64,000 nucleotides of DNA from Roseibacillus sp. (GCA_051251855.1 JBPOGI010000004.1:160001-224000); one strand, 5' to 3'. Positions 19,095-31,908 are shown, numbered from the stretch's first letter. The notes: generated by a model from the letters alone, not told the origin. Program-made: numbers and translations.

Positions 19095-20405
19095 CTACAG
19101 GTAATCGTTTAGGAGGTTTTCCAAGCGTTCTTGGCGACCGCTTTCCAACTTCGGAGGCTCTATCCCTTGTGCATAGGCATCCAATGAATCCAGGCTAGCA
19201 GTTCCGGATTCAATCTCTGCACCAACTCCGCTATCAAAACTACGATAGCGTTCTTTAATAAAGTCGGTGAACTTGCCGTCCTCCTGCATCTTCGCCGCCA
19301 CCTTGAGCCCGCGAGCAAAGGCATCCATTCCTCCAATGTGCGCATAGAAAAGATCTTCTGGCTCATGAGATTCACGACGACGCTTGGCATCGAAGTTGAG
19401 GCCACCTTTGGTAAAGCCACCCATCTTCAAAACCTCAACCATGATCTTGGTCGCTAAATAGTAGTCCGTCGGGAACTGATCTGTATCCCAACCCAGAAGC
19501 TCATCACCACGGTTGGCATCAATGGAGCCCAAGGCACCTGCGCCCGCAGCTACCTGCAATTCGTGCTCCATCGTATGACCCGCCAAGGTCGCGTGGTTGG
19601 TCTCGATATTGAGCTGAAAGTGCTCAAGGAGATCATACTCACGAAGGAAGTTCAAACAGGCCGCCGAATCTGAATCATACTGGTGAGTCGACGGTTCACG
19701 TGGCTTAGGCTCGATGAAGAACTGCCCTTCGAACCCAATCTTCTTAGCGTGATCCACTGCCATGTGGAGGAAACGTGCCAAATGATCAACTTCACGCTTC
19801 ATATCGGTATTGATGAGAGAACCGTATCCCTCGCGACCTCCCCAAAAGACGTAACCCGTTCCACCCAAGCGATGAGTGGCCTCCAAAGCATGCTTCACCT
19901 GACTCGCGCCATAGGCAAAGACATCAGCCATCGGTGAAGTGGACGCACCCTGCGCATAACGGGGATGAGCAAAGAGACAGGCAGTTCCCCACAGCAACTT
20001 TTTCCCTGAGGCCTGCTGATGCTTCTCCAAAGAATCAACCACCTTGCCGAAGTAATCATGAGTTTCCGCAAGGCTCGAACCCTCCGGAGCAACGTCCCGG
20101 TCATGGAAACAATAAAGGTCGATATCAATCTTCTCGAGAAACTCGAAAAAGACCGGCACTCGTGCCAAAGCGTTGTCCAAAGAGTCTGAACCGTCATCCC
20201 ATGGCATCAAAGCGGTGCCAGCACCAAAAGGATCGGAGAGCTCATTGCGCATCACGTGCCAGTAGGCCGCCGCGAATTTGAGATGCTCGCGCATCGACTT
20301 CCCAGCGACCACCTCATCGGGATTGTAGTGGCGAAAGGCAAAAGGATTATCAGACCCAGGGCCTTCATAGACCACCTTGGGAACATTAGGAAAAAAATCA
20401 GACAT
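19095..20405 (-). CDS. xylA: Xylose isomerase (class II)
   Basis: [46 protein letters not shown] and NFDAK motifs. Confidence 0.97.
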   Translation of the reverse strand: MSDFFPNVPKVVYEGPGSDNPFAFRHYNPDEVVAGKSMREHLKFAAAYWHVMRNELSDPFGAGTALMPWDDGSDSLDNALARVPVFFEFLEKIDIDLYCFHDRDVAPEGSSLAETHDYFGKVVDSLEKHQQASGKKLLWGTACLFAHPRYAQGASTSPMADVFAYGASQVKHALEATHRLGGTGYVFWGGREGYGSLINTDMKREVDHLARFLHMAVDHAKKIGFEGQFFIEPKPREPSTHQYDSDSAACLNFLREYDLLEHFQLNIETNHATLAGHTMEHELQVAAGAGALGSIDANRGDELLGWDTDQFPTDYYLATKIMVEVLKMGGFTKGGLNFDAKRRRESHEPEDLFYAHIGGMDAFARGLKVAAKMQEDGKFTDFIKERYRSFDSGVGAEIESGTASLDSLDAYAQGIEPPKLESGRQERLENLLNDYL

Positions 20406-20592
20406 GATATTTGTTTGTTTTCGTCAGGCCAAAAATATTCGACGAGTTCGGACGTTAACGAATCGAATTAGATACGACTACGAGAAAACTCGGCTTATAT
20501 TTTGCAAAAAGCCGCAAACGAGCGAAAATACTTTGCGGGTATAACTTATCCCTCACAAATACCACGAATGCGGTATGCATTGAGCCTTTCCC

Positions 20593-21375
20593 ATGAAATC
20601 TCAACCTAAACAGAAACAAACCCAAGACTGGACCGCCTTCTCGGATTTCGTCAACGAGATGCAACCCGGTCAAATCGCTTTGGGACTTTTTGAGGCTCTT
20701 CCGGACGTCATTTTTTGGATCAAAGACCGCTCACACCGCTTGCTTTTCGTCAATCAGGCATACGGCGAACTGTGGGGACACCCGCCCGATAATCTCGTTG
20801 GAAAGACCGACCAGGACATCAATGCCGACGAACTCGCACGCGTTTACACCCAAGATGACGAGACCGTCACCTCCACAGGCAAAGCCATGCACAACAAGAT
20901 GGAACTCGTCACTCGTCGCGCCGGCGGCGTGGAGTGGCGCATGACCTCCAAAATCCCTCTTTACGGCAAAGATGGCAGCCTCATCGGCACTGCCGGAGTC
21001 TCCAGAAGGCTCGACCAGCACGAGGGGCACCCCCTCCCAGCACCTTACCGCGCCATGTCCAAACTCGTTGAATACGTGCACGAAAACGTATCCGAGCCTC
21101 TCGCCGTCGATCAACTGGCCAAACTTGCCGGCATGTCCGTTTCCACCCTTGAGCGACGCTTCCGCTCCCACCTCGGAACTTCCCCCAAACGCTTCATCCT
21201 TCACTCCAAAGTCGCCGCAGCCTGTGAGCGCCTTCTCTCTACCCCCATGACCATCAGCGAAATCTCGGAGTCGCTCGGCTACAACGAGCACGCCTCCTTC
21301 ACGCGCGCTTTCACATCGGTCATGCACATGTCCCCCACGGCCTACCGCAAATATTACAAGGCAACTGGAGCTTAA
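20593..21375 (+). CDS. AraC family transcriptional regulator with N-terminal PAS domain
   Basis: PAS-like IFWIKD...VNQA...GKTD region and C-terminal double HTH (LAKLAGMSVSTLERRF; LGY...FTRAF...SPTAYR). Divergent from xylA. Confidence 0.9.
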   Translation: MKSQPKQKQTQDWTAFSDFVNEMQPGQIALGLFEALPDVIFWIKDRSHRLLFVNQAYGELWGHPPDNLVGKTDQDINADELARVYTQDDETVTSTGKAMHNKMELVTRRAGGVEWRMTSKIPLYGKDGSLIGTAGVSRRLDQHEGHPLPAPYRAMSKLVEYVHENVSEPLAVDQLAKLAGMSVSTLERRFRSHLGTSPKRFILHSKVAAACERLLSTPMTISEISESLGYNEHASFTRAFTSVMHMSPTAYRKYYKATGA

Positions 21376-21467
21376 AAAAAGACACCCTTACCAGCTCAAC
21401 GTTCTCCGCCCAATTTTCCCCTTTCCCAGCACCCCATCTTCTAGGCTATAGTAAGAAGTGATAGTCT

Positions 21468-23042
21468 ATGAGCTACGCTTCCCTTCTCTTCCTCAGTGTC
21501 CCTCTCATCCTAGGCCTCGCTTTTGGTTGGCAATTGAAAGGGCGAATCCCCTCTCTTTCGTGCGAACAAGCGACTGAAACTCAGGCCACAAATCGCTCCT
21601 CATCCTCTTCGGGCACTCAAACCACCTCGTCCCCAGCCCCTTCCATCAAGAGCAGCGACACCACCGAAGACCTCCTCGCCCTCCCCTCTACCGAACTCTA
21701 CGACCGCCTCGCCCATTGGGTCTTCGACGCCAGCCCGTCCGAGATCGCAGCCTTTTATCAAGGCTACCGCGACCGCGAAAAGCGCCCTCGCAGCGTTACC
21801 GACCTCCTCTTTATCGGGTGGACCAAGGTCGATCCTGAGGCAGCCATCACCGCCACCCGAGAAACTGCCGACTTCCGCCGTGCCTATTGGGCTTGGGCCT
21901 GCCACGACCCAGCGAAGGCCCTCACCACCGCCATCGAGCGCAATGAAGGCATTGGCGACACCGCTTTGGGTATCGGTGAGTTTCACCCCAAATGGTTGGC
22001 AGAGAACATCGAGAGTATTCCACCCAACTCCCGCTACACGGCCATGCAAGGCCTCGCAAAATGGCCCGACACCGGAACCCCTCAACTCTCCGTCCCTCTC
22101 CTGCTAGAAAATTTCAGGAGTATCCCCGAGCCTACCCTGCTGGCTCTCGCTCGCCAGAATCCCGCCAAAGCCCTCCAGCTCCTCAAAGACTACGAACAAA
22201 GCGGCGGCCACCGAGCTCAATCTCGTGACTACCTGCAGCAACTCCTCAAAGCCGTGGCTGTCCACGACCCTCAACTCCTCGCCGAAATCACTCCCTTGCT
22301 CAAATCCCCGAAGGAGAAAAACGCTGCTCAACCCCTTCGTTTCAATAACCTTCTCAATCAGGACCCTGAGGCGGCCCGGGCCATGTTGGATAAAACCCCG
22401 CGCTCTTGGCTCAAGGACGAGCTAGCCATCACCTATGCCAATCACCTTCTCACCACTGATCGCCAAGAAGCTTTTGACTATGCTTTGCAATTTTTCGGAG
22501 GAGAACTTTCAACCTTCACCCGTCGAAAGACATTCGATTACCCCGGCGGAAGAAGTTCATCCAGCTCCCAGCTTGTCCCCGGGGCGAACGAACTCATTTC
22601 CTCACTATTAGAACAGAACCCGGAGAGCCTCCTCAACACCCTTATCCCAAACGAGACTTCGGACCAGGCTCCCGTCACCAACGCTCAAAGAGAAGCATTC
22701 AATACGGCCAGCAAACTTTGGTCTCAACAAGATCTCACCGGATTCGCTGACTGGGTCATCTCCCGCAAAGGTACTCGTGAATATAGTGATGGCGCCGCGA
22801 GGATGACGAAAGCCCTTACCGCACAAAAGGAACTCGGCCTCGCCATGGAGTGGGCTGAAACGATTCCAATTGACGATGGAAGAAGAAACTACCGAGCCGA
22901 ACAACTCTATACCACTTGGGTCAAAAGCGACCCCGAAAACGCCGCTGCCTGGCGGCTTTCGGAAGACTTTAGTCAAGACCCCGACAAGTTTCCACTCCCC
23001 GAGGGGTACCAAGAACGCTCACCCCTCTCAGGCTCACCGTGA
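21468..23042 (+). CDS. Hypothetical Verrucomicrobia-type helical repeat protein, N-terminally anchored
   Basis: N-terminal hydrophobic segment, Ser-rich linker and recurring W-x-x-x-D-P-x-A-A motifs. Confidence 0.75.
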   Translation: MSYASLLFLSVPLILGLAFGWQLKGRIPSLSCEQATETQATNRSSSSSGTQTTSSPAPSIKSSDTTEDLLALPSTELYDRLAHWVFDASPSEIAAFYQGYRDREKRPRSVTDLLFIGWTKVDPEAAITATRETADFRRAYWAWACHDPAKALTTAIERNEGIGDTALGIGEFHPKWLAENIESIPPNSRYTAMQGLAKWPDTGTPQLSVPLLLENFRSIPEPTLLALARQNPAKALQLLKDYEQSGGHRAQSRDYLQQLLKAVAVHDPQLLAEITPLLKSPKEKNAAQPLRFNNLLNQDPEAARAMLDKTPRSWLKDELAITYANHLLTTDRQEAFDYALQFFGGELSTFTRRKTFDYPGGRSSSSSQLVPGANELISSLLEQNPESLLNTLIPNETSDQAPVTNAQREAFNTASKLWSQQDLTGFADWVISRKGTREYSDGAARMTKALTAQKELGLAMEWAETIPIDDGRRNYRAEQLYTTWVKSDPENAAAWRLSEDFSQDPDKFPLPEGYQERSPLSGSP

Positions 23043-24751
23043 AAACTCTTCTACCGCGCATCGCCAGCACCATTCTCCTCTTCGTTCTTGGCTCTCTCCT
23101 TGGCTGGGCTTTCAGCGCCATCAAGCAAGTTCCCTCCTCGCAGATCAGCGAGGCTTCCACCTCAAGCCCCACCAAGTCGAACAACTCACCCAAATCGACC
23201 ATATTAAAGCAAGCGCCTTCACCCGAATATGCGCTTCTGCAATCGATATTCGATTCTTTCGACGAACCATCGCGTATACATAAGGCCATTGCGCTCGCCC
23301 GCACCCTCCCCCTCTCCGAAGCGGGCAAATGGCTCGAACAAGGACTCTTCTCTCAACGCGAAGGCTATGCCCTCATCGCCTTCACCCAAGCCCTCAAAGA
23401 GCGATGGAAAAAAGAAGACTCCACTGGCTATGCCCTTTGGCAAATCGAAAACGGTCTATCCCCGACTGAGCAACAAATGACAGTGCTCGCCGATTCTGAC
23501 CCCGAGCTTCTGCTGACCCGAATCCGCCTTCTCAAGAAGAGCGACGACAAAGCCAAGGCCCTCTGCTCCCTCGCCGGAAGCCGACCCGACCTCACCCTAG
23601 CCGAACTGGCCAAACTCAACCCCGCCAGCCTCGACAAGAGCGCTTGGTTCAAAGGAATCTTTCGGAACCTCGTTCAAAAAGATCGCCCCGCCCTCGAAGC
23701 AGCCCTCGAGGGCTTGCCGTCCGCATTTCGCGCTCAAGCCCAAGCCGCCATTTACAGGGAAAAATTGCGTGAAAATTTCAAGACGACTATTGTTGAACTT
23801 CAACAGGAGCCAGACGGCCTCGATATTCTGACCGACTCAGGCAACACTCTGTCCGAAAACCGCGCAGGAATCCTTGCCGCTTTTTCCGGCCTCCCCTCTG
23901 CTTGGCAGAAAAAAATCGCAAACAAGCATTTCGCTTTGACCTACGGCATGAGTCATCAGGAAAAACTGAGCACCGACTGGGAGGCCCTCGGTTTTAGCTC
24001 CCAACAAGCGAGCAAGGTCCGCATTGACTCTTTCTTCCAAACCATTCGTGACAAAAAAGAGACCGTTCTGGAAGAATTTCAAGCAATCCAGCTCACTCCC
24101 GAGGACAAGCGCTACCTCATCGACAGGCTCGGTTCAACGAGCGACTCCGAGCTCACTGAAGAGCTCCTTCCCCACCTTGACCCAAAGAGCCAAAACGCCA
24201 TCGCCGAAAAACAAGTAGAAAGAGATTCCCGCTACGTCTTTCAAACCTATTCCAACGCTTCCGAACTTTCCCAAGGTCTCTCGCAAGCGGAGAAAAATCA
24301 AAGCATCCTTCTCCGAAACCGGCTCGCCTCTTGGAGCCAGGCCGAGAGAAAACAGTTCCTCGAAGACTACCAAGCCTTGCAGGGAGAAGAACGCCAAACC
24401 CTCTCAACCGTTATCGCGACCTCTTCGTCGAACTCCTACCTCGCCTTGGAAACCCGCTCTCTCGCAGTGGAAGACATCGTTAAAAATTCGGAACGCTTCG
24501 AGCAACTCGATGATAAGCAAAAAAAAGAGGTTGGTCGCAACATTTTCCAAATCGCCCTCGATAAATTTAACGTAAATCCAACCACCGCTACCGCGTGGGT
24601 CCAAGAGCTCCCCGAAGGAGATAACCGCCAATACGCTATCAACAACTTGGCCGCGTATTGGACCGACTTCGAGCCCGACGCCGCCCGCAACTGGGTCAAT
24701 CAACTCCCCGCCACCGACCGCACCGCCGTTCTCGACCACCTGAAAGACTAA
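23039..24751 (+). CDS. Hypothetical Verrucomicrobia-type helical repeat protein, N-terminally anchored
   Basis: Same architecture as the upstream gene (WTDFEPDAARNWV), with a 4-nt GTGA overlap. Confidence 0.75.
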   Translation: MKTLLPRIASTILLFVLGSLLGWAFSAIKQVPSSQISEASTSSPTKSNNSPKSTILKQAPSPEYALLQSIFDSFDEPSRIHKAIALARTLPLSEAGKWLEQGLFSQREGYALIAFTQALKERWKKEDSTGYALWQIENGLSPTEQQMTVLADSDPELLLTRIRLLKKSDDKAKALCSLAGSRPDLTLAELAKLNPASLDKSAWFKGIFRNLVQKDRPALEAALEGLPSAFRAQAQAAIYREKLRENFKTTIVELQQEPDGLDILTDSGNTLSENRAGILAAFSGLPSAWQKKIANKHFALTYGMSHQEKLSTDWEALGFSSQQASKVRIDSFFQTIRDKKETVLEEFQAIQLTPEDKRYLIDRLGSTSDSELTEELLPHLDPKSQNAIAEKQVERDSRYVFQTYSNASELSQGLSQAEKNQSILLRNRLASWSQAERKQFLEDYQALQGEERQTLSTVIATSSSNSYLALETRSLAVEDIVKNSERFEQLDDKQKKEVGRNIFQIALDKFNVNPTTATAWVQELPEGDNRQYAINNLAAYWTDFEPDAARNWVNQLPATDRTAVLDHLKD

Positions 24752-24771
24752 TCTAAAAAGCAACGGAAATA

Positions 24772-24981
24772 TGGAGTGCTGAGGCTTGCTTCCGCTCTCA
24801 TCGCTAACCTTCTCCAGCCTGCACATGTCGAAAGGGAGCTACTTGCTACTCCAACCATTCGACCTTCCCCATTCCTTGATTCGAAGTCACTCAGTGGTCG
24901 AGCAAGCAAGCTTTGCTCTCTCGGGCACACCAACAAACTTTCCTATCAACCCCAAAGCGGGAGCAAGCTATCCGCACTCCA
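24772..24981. repeat. REP/REPIN-like inverted repeat element
   Basis: TGGAGTGCTGAGGCTTGCTTCCGCT (24772-24796) is an imperfect reverse complement of AGCGGGAGCAAGCTATCCGCACTCCA (24956-24981). Lies between convergent genes. Confidence 0.6.
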
Positions 24982-24986
24982 AAAAA

Positions 24987-25784
24987 TCATCCTAACGCTT
25001 TTTCTCGCTCACCCAAAAGCTTCGCCAGCCTTTGCGTCACCGGACCCACCGTAAATTCCTGTCCCTCAAACTGCGTCACCGCCCCCACTCCTAACAAGCT
25101 GCTCGTCATAAAAACCTCCTCCATCTCCCCGACCCGCGCCAACGGCACTGCCACTTCCTCCACTTCCAAATTCGTCTCCCGCGCCAACTCCATCACCACC
25201 TCCCGTGTGACTCCTGCCAAACACCCACTCGCCAGCGGCGGAGTCAACACCCGCCCTTTCTCCACTGCAAAAACATTACTCCAGGCCCCCTCACACCAGT
25301 CACCCTTCGTGTTCGCAAAGAGCACCTCATGAGCCCCCCGCTTTTTCCCCTCCGCTAACGCAAGCGAATTTTCGCCATAAGAAATCGCCTTTATCCCGGC
25401 CAAAGCACTCTTCTCATTGCGAACAAAAGGACTCGTCACCAACACTAACTTCTCCGGATACCCCTGCCCCTCACTCGCCGTAAACACCAAATGATCAGGC
25501 GTTCGCGTCACTCGAACTCGGATCCTGCGACCTCCGTCCACCAGCTCATTCCGCCTCAGCAGCTCCTCACAAATTTCACGACCTTCCGCCACCTCACAAA
25601 TCTCCAACCCAAATCGCTCGCACCCCAACTCCAACCGCCGCCAATGCCGCTCAATCTCAAAGACCCGCCCTCCCAAAGCCAACATCGTCTCGAAAGCACC
25701 CTCTCCACGCAGCAGAGCACCATCATTCGCTGCCACAGCCGCCTCGCCTTCCGCCTTCCATTCACCATTGAGCCAGATCATCAT
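24987..25784 (-). CDS. Aminotransferase class IV (branched-chain/D-amino acid/ADC lyase-like)
   Basis: IWLNG, RGEGAFET, HWRRL, catalytic Lys in GIKAISY, EG..SNVF and LAGVTR motifs. Confidence 0.9.
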   Translation of the reverse strand: MMIWLNGEWKAEGEAAVAANDGALLRGEGAFETMLALGGRVFEIERHWRRLELGCERFGLEICEVAEGREICEELLRRNELVDGGRRIRVRVTRTPDHLVFTASEGQGYPEKLVLVTSPFVRNEKSALAGIKAISYGENSLALAEGKKRGAHEVLFANTKGDWCEGAWSNVFAVEKGRVLTPPLASGCLAGVTREVVMELARETNLEVEEVAVPLARVGEMEEVFMTSSLLGVGAVTQFEGQEFTVGPVTQRLAKLLGEREKALG

Positions 25785-25834
25785 CTCGTCGGCGCGACTT
25801 ATAGCCCGTTTATCAGCCGCCTTCTCTCCAAAAA

Positions 25835-26452
25835 ATGAACTTCCTTGCCCATCTGGCCCTCGCCGGTCCCGACGACGCCTCGCGCATCGGCAATATCTTG
25901 GGTGACTTTGAGAAAGGAACGCCCGAGTCCCTGCGGGAAAGACTCCCTGCTCCTATCGTCGACGGCATCATGATGCATCGCCGCATCGACCGCTTCACCG
26001 ACGACCACCCCGTCTTTCGCGACACCAAGAAACTACTTGCTCCCGAACGCCTGCGCTTCGCCGGTATCCTCATCGATATTTTCTACGACCACTTTCTCAA
26101 CAAGCACTGGAACGACTATCACCCCGGCACCGTCGCTGACTTTATCGAAGAGAACTACCGCCTCTTCGATCGCCGCCCCGACTGGCTCGGCACCAAGTTC
26201 GGCCCCCTCGTCCCTCTCCTCAAAGCCGAAAACTGGCTCGCCTCCTACGGAACCTTCGAAGGCCTCGAAAAAACACTCTCTCGAGTCGCCAGCCGCTCGT
26301 CTAGACTTTCCCCCATCTGCAATGGCGTCGACGATCTCAGAACCCACTACAAACTGTTCGAAGACCACTTTGGCGCCTTTTATCCTGCCGTTCGGCAACA
26401 CGCGACCAGCCTCTTAGGCCAGAAAACACTTCTGACGCCCTCTTTTCCTTGA
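25835..26452 (+). CDS. acpH: Acyl carrier protein phosphodiesterase
   Basis: MNFLAHL, GNILGDFEKG, HRRIDRFTDDHP and DIFYDHFL motifs. Confidence 0.92.
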   Translation: MNFLAHLALAGPDDASRIGNILGDFEKGTPESLRERLPAPIVDGIMMHRRIDRFTDDHPVFRDTKKLLAPERLRFAGILIDIFYDHFLNKHWNDYHPGTVADFIEENYRLFDRRPDWLGTKFGPLVPLLKAENWLASYGTFEGLEKTLSRVASRSSRLSPICNGVDDLRTHYKLFEDHFGAFYPAVRQHATSLLGQKTLLTPSFP

Positions 26453-26510
26453 AAAATGAGCGTATTCACGCAGTTTACTTAAAGTTCTTCGCTAAGAAGA
26501 ACACACCCCT

Positions 26511-27890
26511 ATGAAACCAATGAGAAACCTCCTTGCCGTTCTGGCGATTTCCGCTGGCTGCTTGTTCGCAGACCAACACGCGGAAGCCAAGAAAATCGAA
26601 AGTCCCGAATCTCGCGTTGAGCACTTGCTTACCGCCGCCGACCACCTCGAAGCGGCTGGTGCCGTTCGCGAAGCCGAATCTATTCGCAATCACGTGAAAG
26701 CGATGAAAGCTCAAGCTGCAAAGCCTGCCGCGCCCGCCGCCAAATCAGACAAAAAGGGAGCCAAGGCCGGAGCTACTGCTGGTGCAGCCAAGGCCGCAGC
26801 TAAAGCCTCCAAAGCGGTCGCCGTAAAAGGTGCCGACAAGAAGCACGCTTCAAAGCCCGTCGCCGTCTCCCAGCCCATCGAGGTCAAAGTCACTCAAAGC
26901 GACGACCCAAAGGCTCCCAAGAAAGCGGAAGTTAAGCTCGCACAGGCGCCTGCTCCCAAAGCTGCTGAAAAGCCTGCCAAAGAGGTAGCAGTCAAGGCCT
27001 CCAAGCCCGCCGAAAAAGCAAAACCTGCCAAGAAAGAAGAGGCCAAAAAGAGCGCTCCCAAGAAAGCAGAAGCTAAAAAAGAAGCACCCAAGAAGGCAGA
27101 AGCCAAGAAAGACGCTCCCAAGAAGGCAGACGCTCCAAAAAAAGCAGCAGCCAAGAAGGATGCTCCCAAGAAAGCCGAAGCCAAGAAAGCTCCCGCCGCT
27201 CCCGCCGGAAAGTCTGACACTGAAGTAGCGAAAAAAGTGGAGGCTAAAGACGCCAAAGCCCCCTGCTGCCCAACTGAAACTCGTGCTGCGGCACTCAAGG
27301 CCGCTGCTCCCGCAAAGAAGGCTGAAGACCATGGCCACAGCCACGCTGATGGCGCAGCCCACACTCACGGTGCCAAAGCCGAGAAGAAAGCCGACTGCTG
27401 CGGCAAAGGCGGCGAGTGCTGCAAAAACGGAACCTGCCAGAAAGAAGTCAAATGTAGCAAAACTGCTTGCGCGGATGGCGAGTGCACAGAAGGCAAATGC
27501 GAAAAGTCTGCCAAAGCTACTGACTGCTGCGGAAAAGGTGGCGAATGCTGCAAAGACGGAACCTGTAAGGACTCCGCTAAGAAAGATTGCGACAAAGCCG
27601 CTTGTGACAAAGCAGAGTGCAAAGAAGGCAAGTGCTGCGGTGAGTGCGGCGGCGACAAAGCCAAGTGCAAAGAAGCCAAGTGCGAGCCCGGCAAATGCTG
27701 TGGCAAAGACGGAAAGTGCTGTGGCAAATGCGACAAAGCTTCCTGCGACAAGGGCGAGTGCAAAGAAGGCAAATGTGACAAGGGTGAGTGCGAAAAAAGC
27801 GCATGTAGCAAAGGTTCTTGCGACGACGTCATCGAGAGACTCGATGCAATCGAAGAGACCCTCGACGCCATTCTTGAGAAAATGAAGTAG
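26511..27890 (+). CDS. Secreted low-complexity protein: Lys/Ala-rich, His-rich and Cys-rich (metallothionein-like) regions
   Basis: Signal peptide, (K)KDAPKKAEA repeats, HGHSH...HTH, about 33 Cys in the last ~165 aa and a coiled-coil end. Followed by a terminator. Confidence 0.75.
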   Translation: MKPMRNLLAVLAISAGCLFADQHAEAKKIESPESRVEHLLTAADHLEAAGAVREAESIRNHVKAMKAQAAKPAAPAAKSDKKGAKAGATAGAAKAAAKASKAVAVKGADKKHASKPVAVSQPIEVKVTQSDDPKAPKKAEVKLAQAPAPKAAEKPAKEVAVKASKPAEKAKPAKKEEAKKSAPKKAEAKKEAPKKAEAKKDAPKKADAPKKAAAKKDAPKKAEAKKAPAAPAGKSDTEVAKKVEAKDAKAPCCPTETRAAALKAAAPAKKAEDHGHSHADGAAHTHGAKAEKKADCCGKGGECCKNGTCQKEVKCSKTACADGECTEGKCEKSAKATDCCGKGGECCKDGTCKDSAKKDCDKAACDKAECKEGKCCGECGGDKAKCKEAKCEPGKCCGKDGKCCGKCDKASCDKGECKEGKCDKGECEKSACSKGSCDDVIERLDAIEETLDAILEKMK

Positions 27891-27918
27891 TCGCTGACGA
27901 CTCTTTCCAACAATTTTC

Positions 27919-27947
27919 AAAGGGAGCCTTCCGAGGCTCCCTTTTTT
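27919..27947 (+). terminator. Rho-independent terminator
   Basis: AAAGGGAGCCT-TCCG-AGGCTCCCTTTTTT. Confidence 0.85.
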
Positions 27948-28036
27948 GTATCCCCATTTTTCCTGAAAAAAACACCCTCCATTCTCGACAAAACCGCCTC
28001 GTTGCGCCAAACCCCCCGCCGAACCTTAAAAAGAAC

Positions 28037-30154
<2,118 letters not shown>

Positions 30155-30193
30155 TCGGAGCGCGGAGCACCAGCTCCGCACCAGAACCCTTTC

Positions 30194-30226
30194 AAAAAGG
30201 CGGTCCCTCAAGGGCCGCCTTTTTTT
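30194..30226 (+). terminator. Rho-independent terminator after fusA
   Basis: AAAAAGGCGGTCCCTCAAGGGCCGCCTTTTTTT, preceded by a second small hairpin GCGGAGC-ACCA-GCTCCGC (30162-30179). Confidence 0.8.
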
Positions 30227-30374
30227 GTCTTGGGCGGAGGCCTTTACTACCGTCTGCATCGACCTGAGCGACAATAAAAGTCGCCCCTCCTTCGAACAAC
30301 CCTCCCCACTTAACAAACTCTTAAAGAATTCAAGCTTTCCTCATCGTGAGGCCCCAACCAAAGTGACAACTTAG

Positions 30375-31469
30375 ATGAAAAGATTCGTCCTATTCAGCGC
30401 CTTCTCCCTGGCTACCCCTCTCGCCGCCCACGAGCACGAAGATCACAACCACGCTCAACCGAAAACCATCCTCGACCCCGCCCACTTCTTCCAAGAAAAC
30501 CTCACTGGAAAAGTCGAGCAGCAACAAGCCAAGCTCGCCGACGGCAGCGAAGTTCTCTGCTGGGTCATCCCCATCAAATCCGAGCCGGTCGAACACGCCA
30601 TGGGCCCCTGGTGCCCCACTTCCGTCACCGACGACAAGAGCCTCGGAGGCAAGTGGTTTTTTGGAGGCGAGCTCGTCGATGTTGATGGTGACTTCGTCAA
30701 GAACCTCGCTCAACTCTACGAAGACAACGAATGGAATCTCGTCAATGACGACGGCTCTATCAAAGTCACCGACACCGAAGAAGCCTTCCTTCTCGCCGCC
30801 CGTCCCAATGTCGACCCGAAGTATCAAAACCACTGCGTAGAAGCCCCCGCCGATTTGGAAATTGATTCCCAGACGGTCTACACCATCCCCGTCAACCCCG
30901 TCATCAACGACCAGCCCACCCGCCTCACCCGCGGCGGAGTCGCGGTTGCCTTCAACGGCGTCAACTTCGACCCGCCCGCACCCACCAGTGCCATTCTCGC
31001 CGCCCACACCATCGCTCCCCTCGACGACCACGGTGGACACATGAATCCCTTCGAGGGCTATCACTACCACGCCGTCACTGGCAGCACCAAGGAGGTTGCC
31101 AACGAGAAAGGCCACGCCCCTCTCATCGGCTACGTCATCGATGGTTTTCCCCTCCATGCCCAAAAGAATGCCGAGGGAGAAGTCGCCCCCGACCTCGACG
31201 ACTGCGGAGGCCACCAACATGGCGAAGGAAGTTATCACTACCACGCCGGCGCTCCCGGCAGTAACCAAATCATCAAGGCCTTTCGCGGCAGCCCGGGCAC
31301 GGTGGTCATGCCCAACGGGAAGAAGCAGGAACGCGGTCCTCGAGGTGACGGACCTCCTCCCGGCGCCGGCCGCGGCGGACGACCACCACGCGGCGAAGGA
31401 GGTCTTCCCCACCAACGCCCCAACGGTCCTCCTCCTGGAGAGCGCCCTCCTCATCCAGAAGAGAGTTGA
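30375..31469 (+). CDS. YHYH domain protein, secreted
   Basis: Signal peptide, His-rich start, two GGH...YHYH motifs (GYHYH, SYHYH), LIGYVIDGFP and a Gly/Pro/Arg tail. Confidence 0.88.
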   Translation: MKRFVLFSAFSLATPLAAHEHEDHNHAQPKTILDPAHFFQENLTGKVEQQQAKLADGSEVLCWVIPIKSEPVEHAMGPWCPTSVTDDKSLGGKWFFGGELVDVDGDFVKNLAQLYEDNEWNLVNDDGSIKVTDTEEAFLLAARPNVDPKYQNHCVEAPADLEIDSQTVYTIPVNPVINDQPTRLTRGGVAVAFNGVNFDPPAPTSAILAAHTIAPLDDHGGHMNPFEGYHYHAVTGSTKEVANEKGHAPLIGYVIDGFPLHAQKNAEGEVAPDLDDCGGHQHGEGSYHYHAGAPGSNQIIKAFRGSPGTVVMPNGKKQERGPRGDGPPPGAGRGGRPPRGEGGLPHQRPNGPPPGERPPHPEES

Positions 31470-31511
31470 CCGTAATATCTCCCTGCCTTAGGTCGTATCC
31501 TCAAAGTCACT

Positions 31512-31907
31512 TTGACGCGGATTTTCCAGTATCTTTTGCTCGCCCTTGGCCTCATCCACCTTACCATCGGCCCGAGCAATGCCCTCCAAGTTCTCGCTTG
31601 GACGAAAATGCTGGTCGACTACTCGGAAGGTCGCAGCTTTGCGGAAGCGGCCGAAATGACCTTCGACGGCGATCACCCCTGCTCTATGTGCCTCGCGCTA
31701 GAGGAAAGTCGCGAAAAGGAAGAGAGCGACCCCGCGCCCCGGCCGAAGCGGTCAGCCGAGCGCAACGACCTCTTCCCCCAACAAGATATTCGCCCCAAGA
31801 ACCGTCGCGCCATTGTGACCGCGAATAGCCCCCCTTCTCCCGCCCGCCTTTTGGGCCACTGTCAATTTGTTCCCGAGCGGCCCACCCCGCCACCCCGGTT
31901 TGTCTAA
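31512..31907 (+). CDS. Small CxxC / Pro-rich-tail protein (DUF2946/CruR-like leader candidate)
   Basis: N-terminal hydrophobic segment, TFDGDHPCSMC and C-terminal RPTPPPR. Located directly upstream of an outer-membrane protein gene. Confidence 0.65.
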   Translation: MTRIFQYLLLALGLIHLTIGPSNALQVLAWTKMLVDYSEGRSFAEAAEMTFDGDHPCSMCLALEESREKEESDPAPRPKRSAERNDLFPQQDIRPKNRRAIVTANSPPSPARLLGHCQFVPERPTPPPRFV

Positions 31908-31908
31908 A

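Noticed and set aside
27040..27190. Imperfect ~27 bp repeats
   Set aside because: Fully explained by the [10 protein letters not shown] peptide repeats of the CDS.
26850..28010. 386 aa minus-strand Phe/Leu/Gly-rich ORF that looks like a membrane protein
   Set aside because: Antisense of the Lys/Ala/Cys-rich gene; AAG/AAA codons read as Leu/Phe on the other strand.
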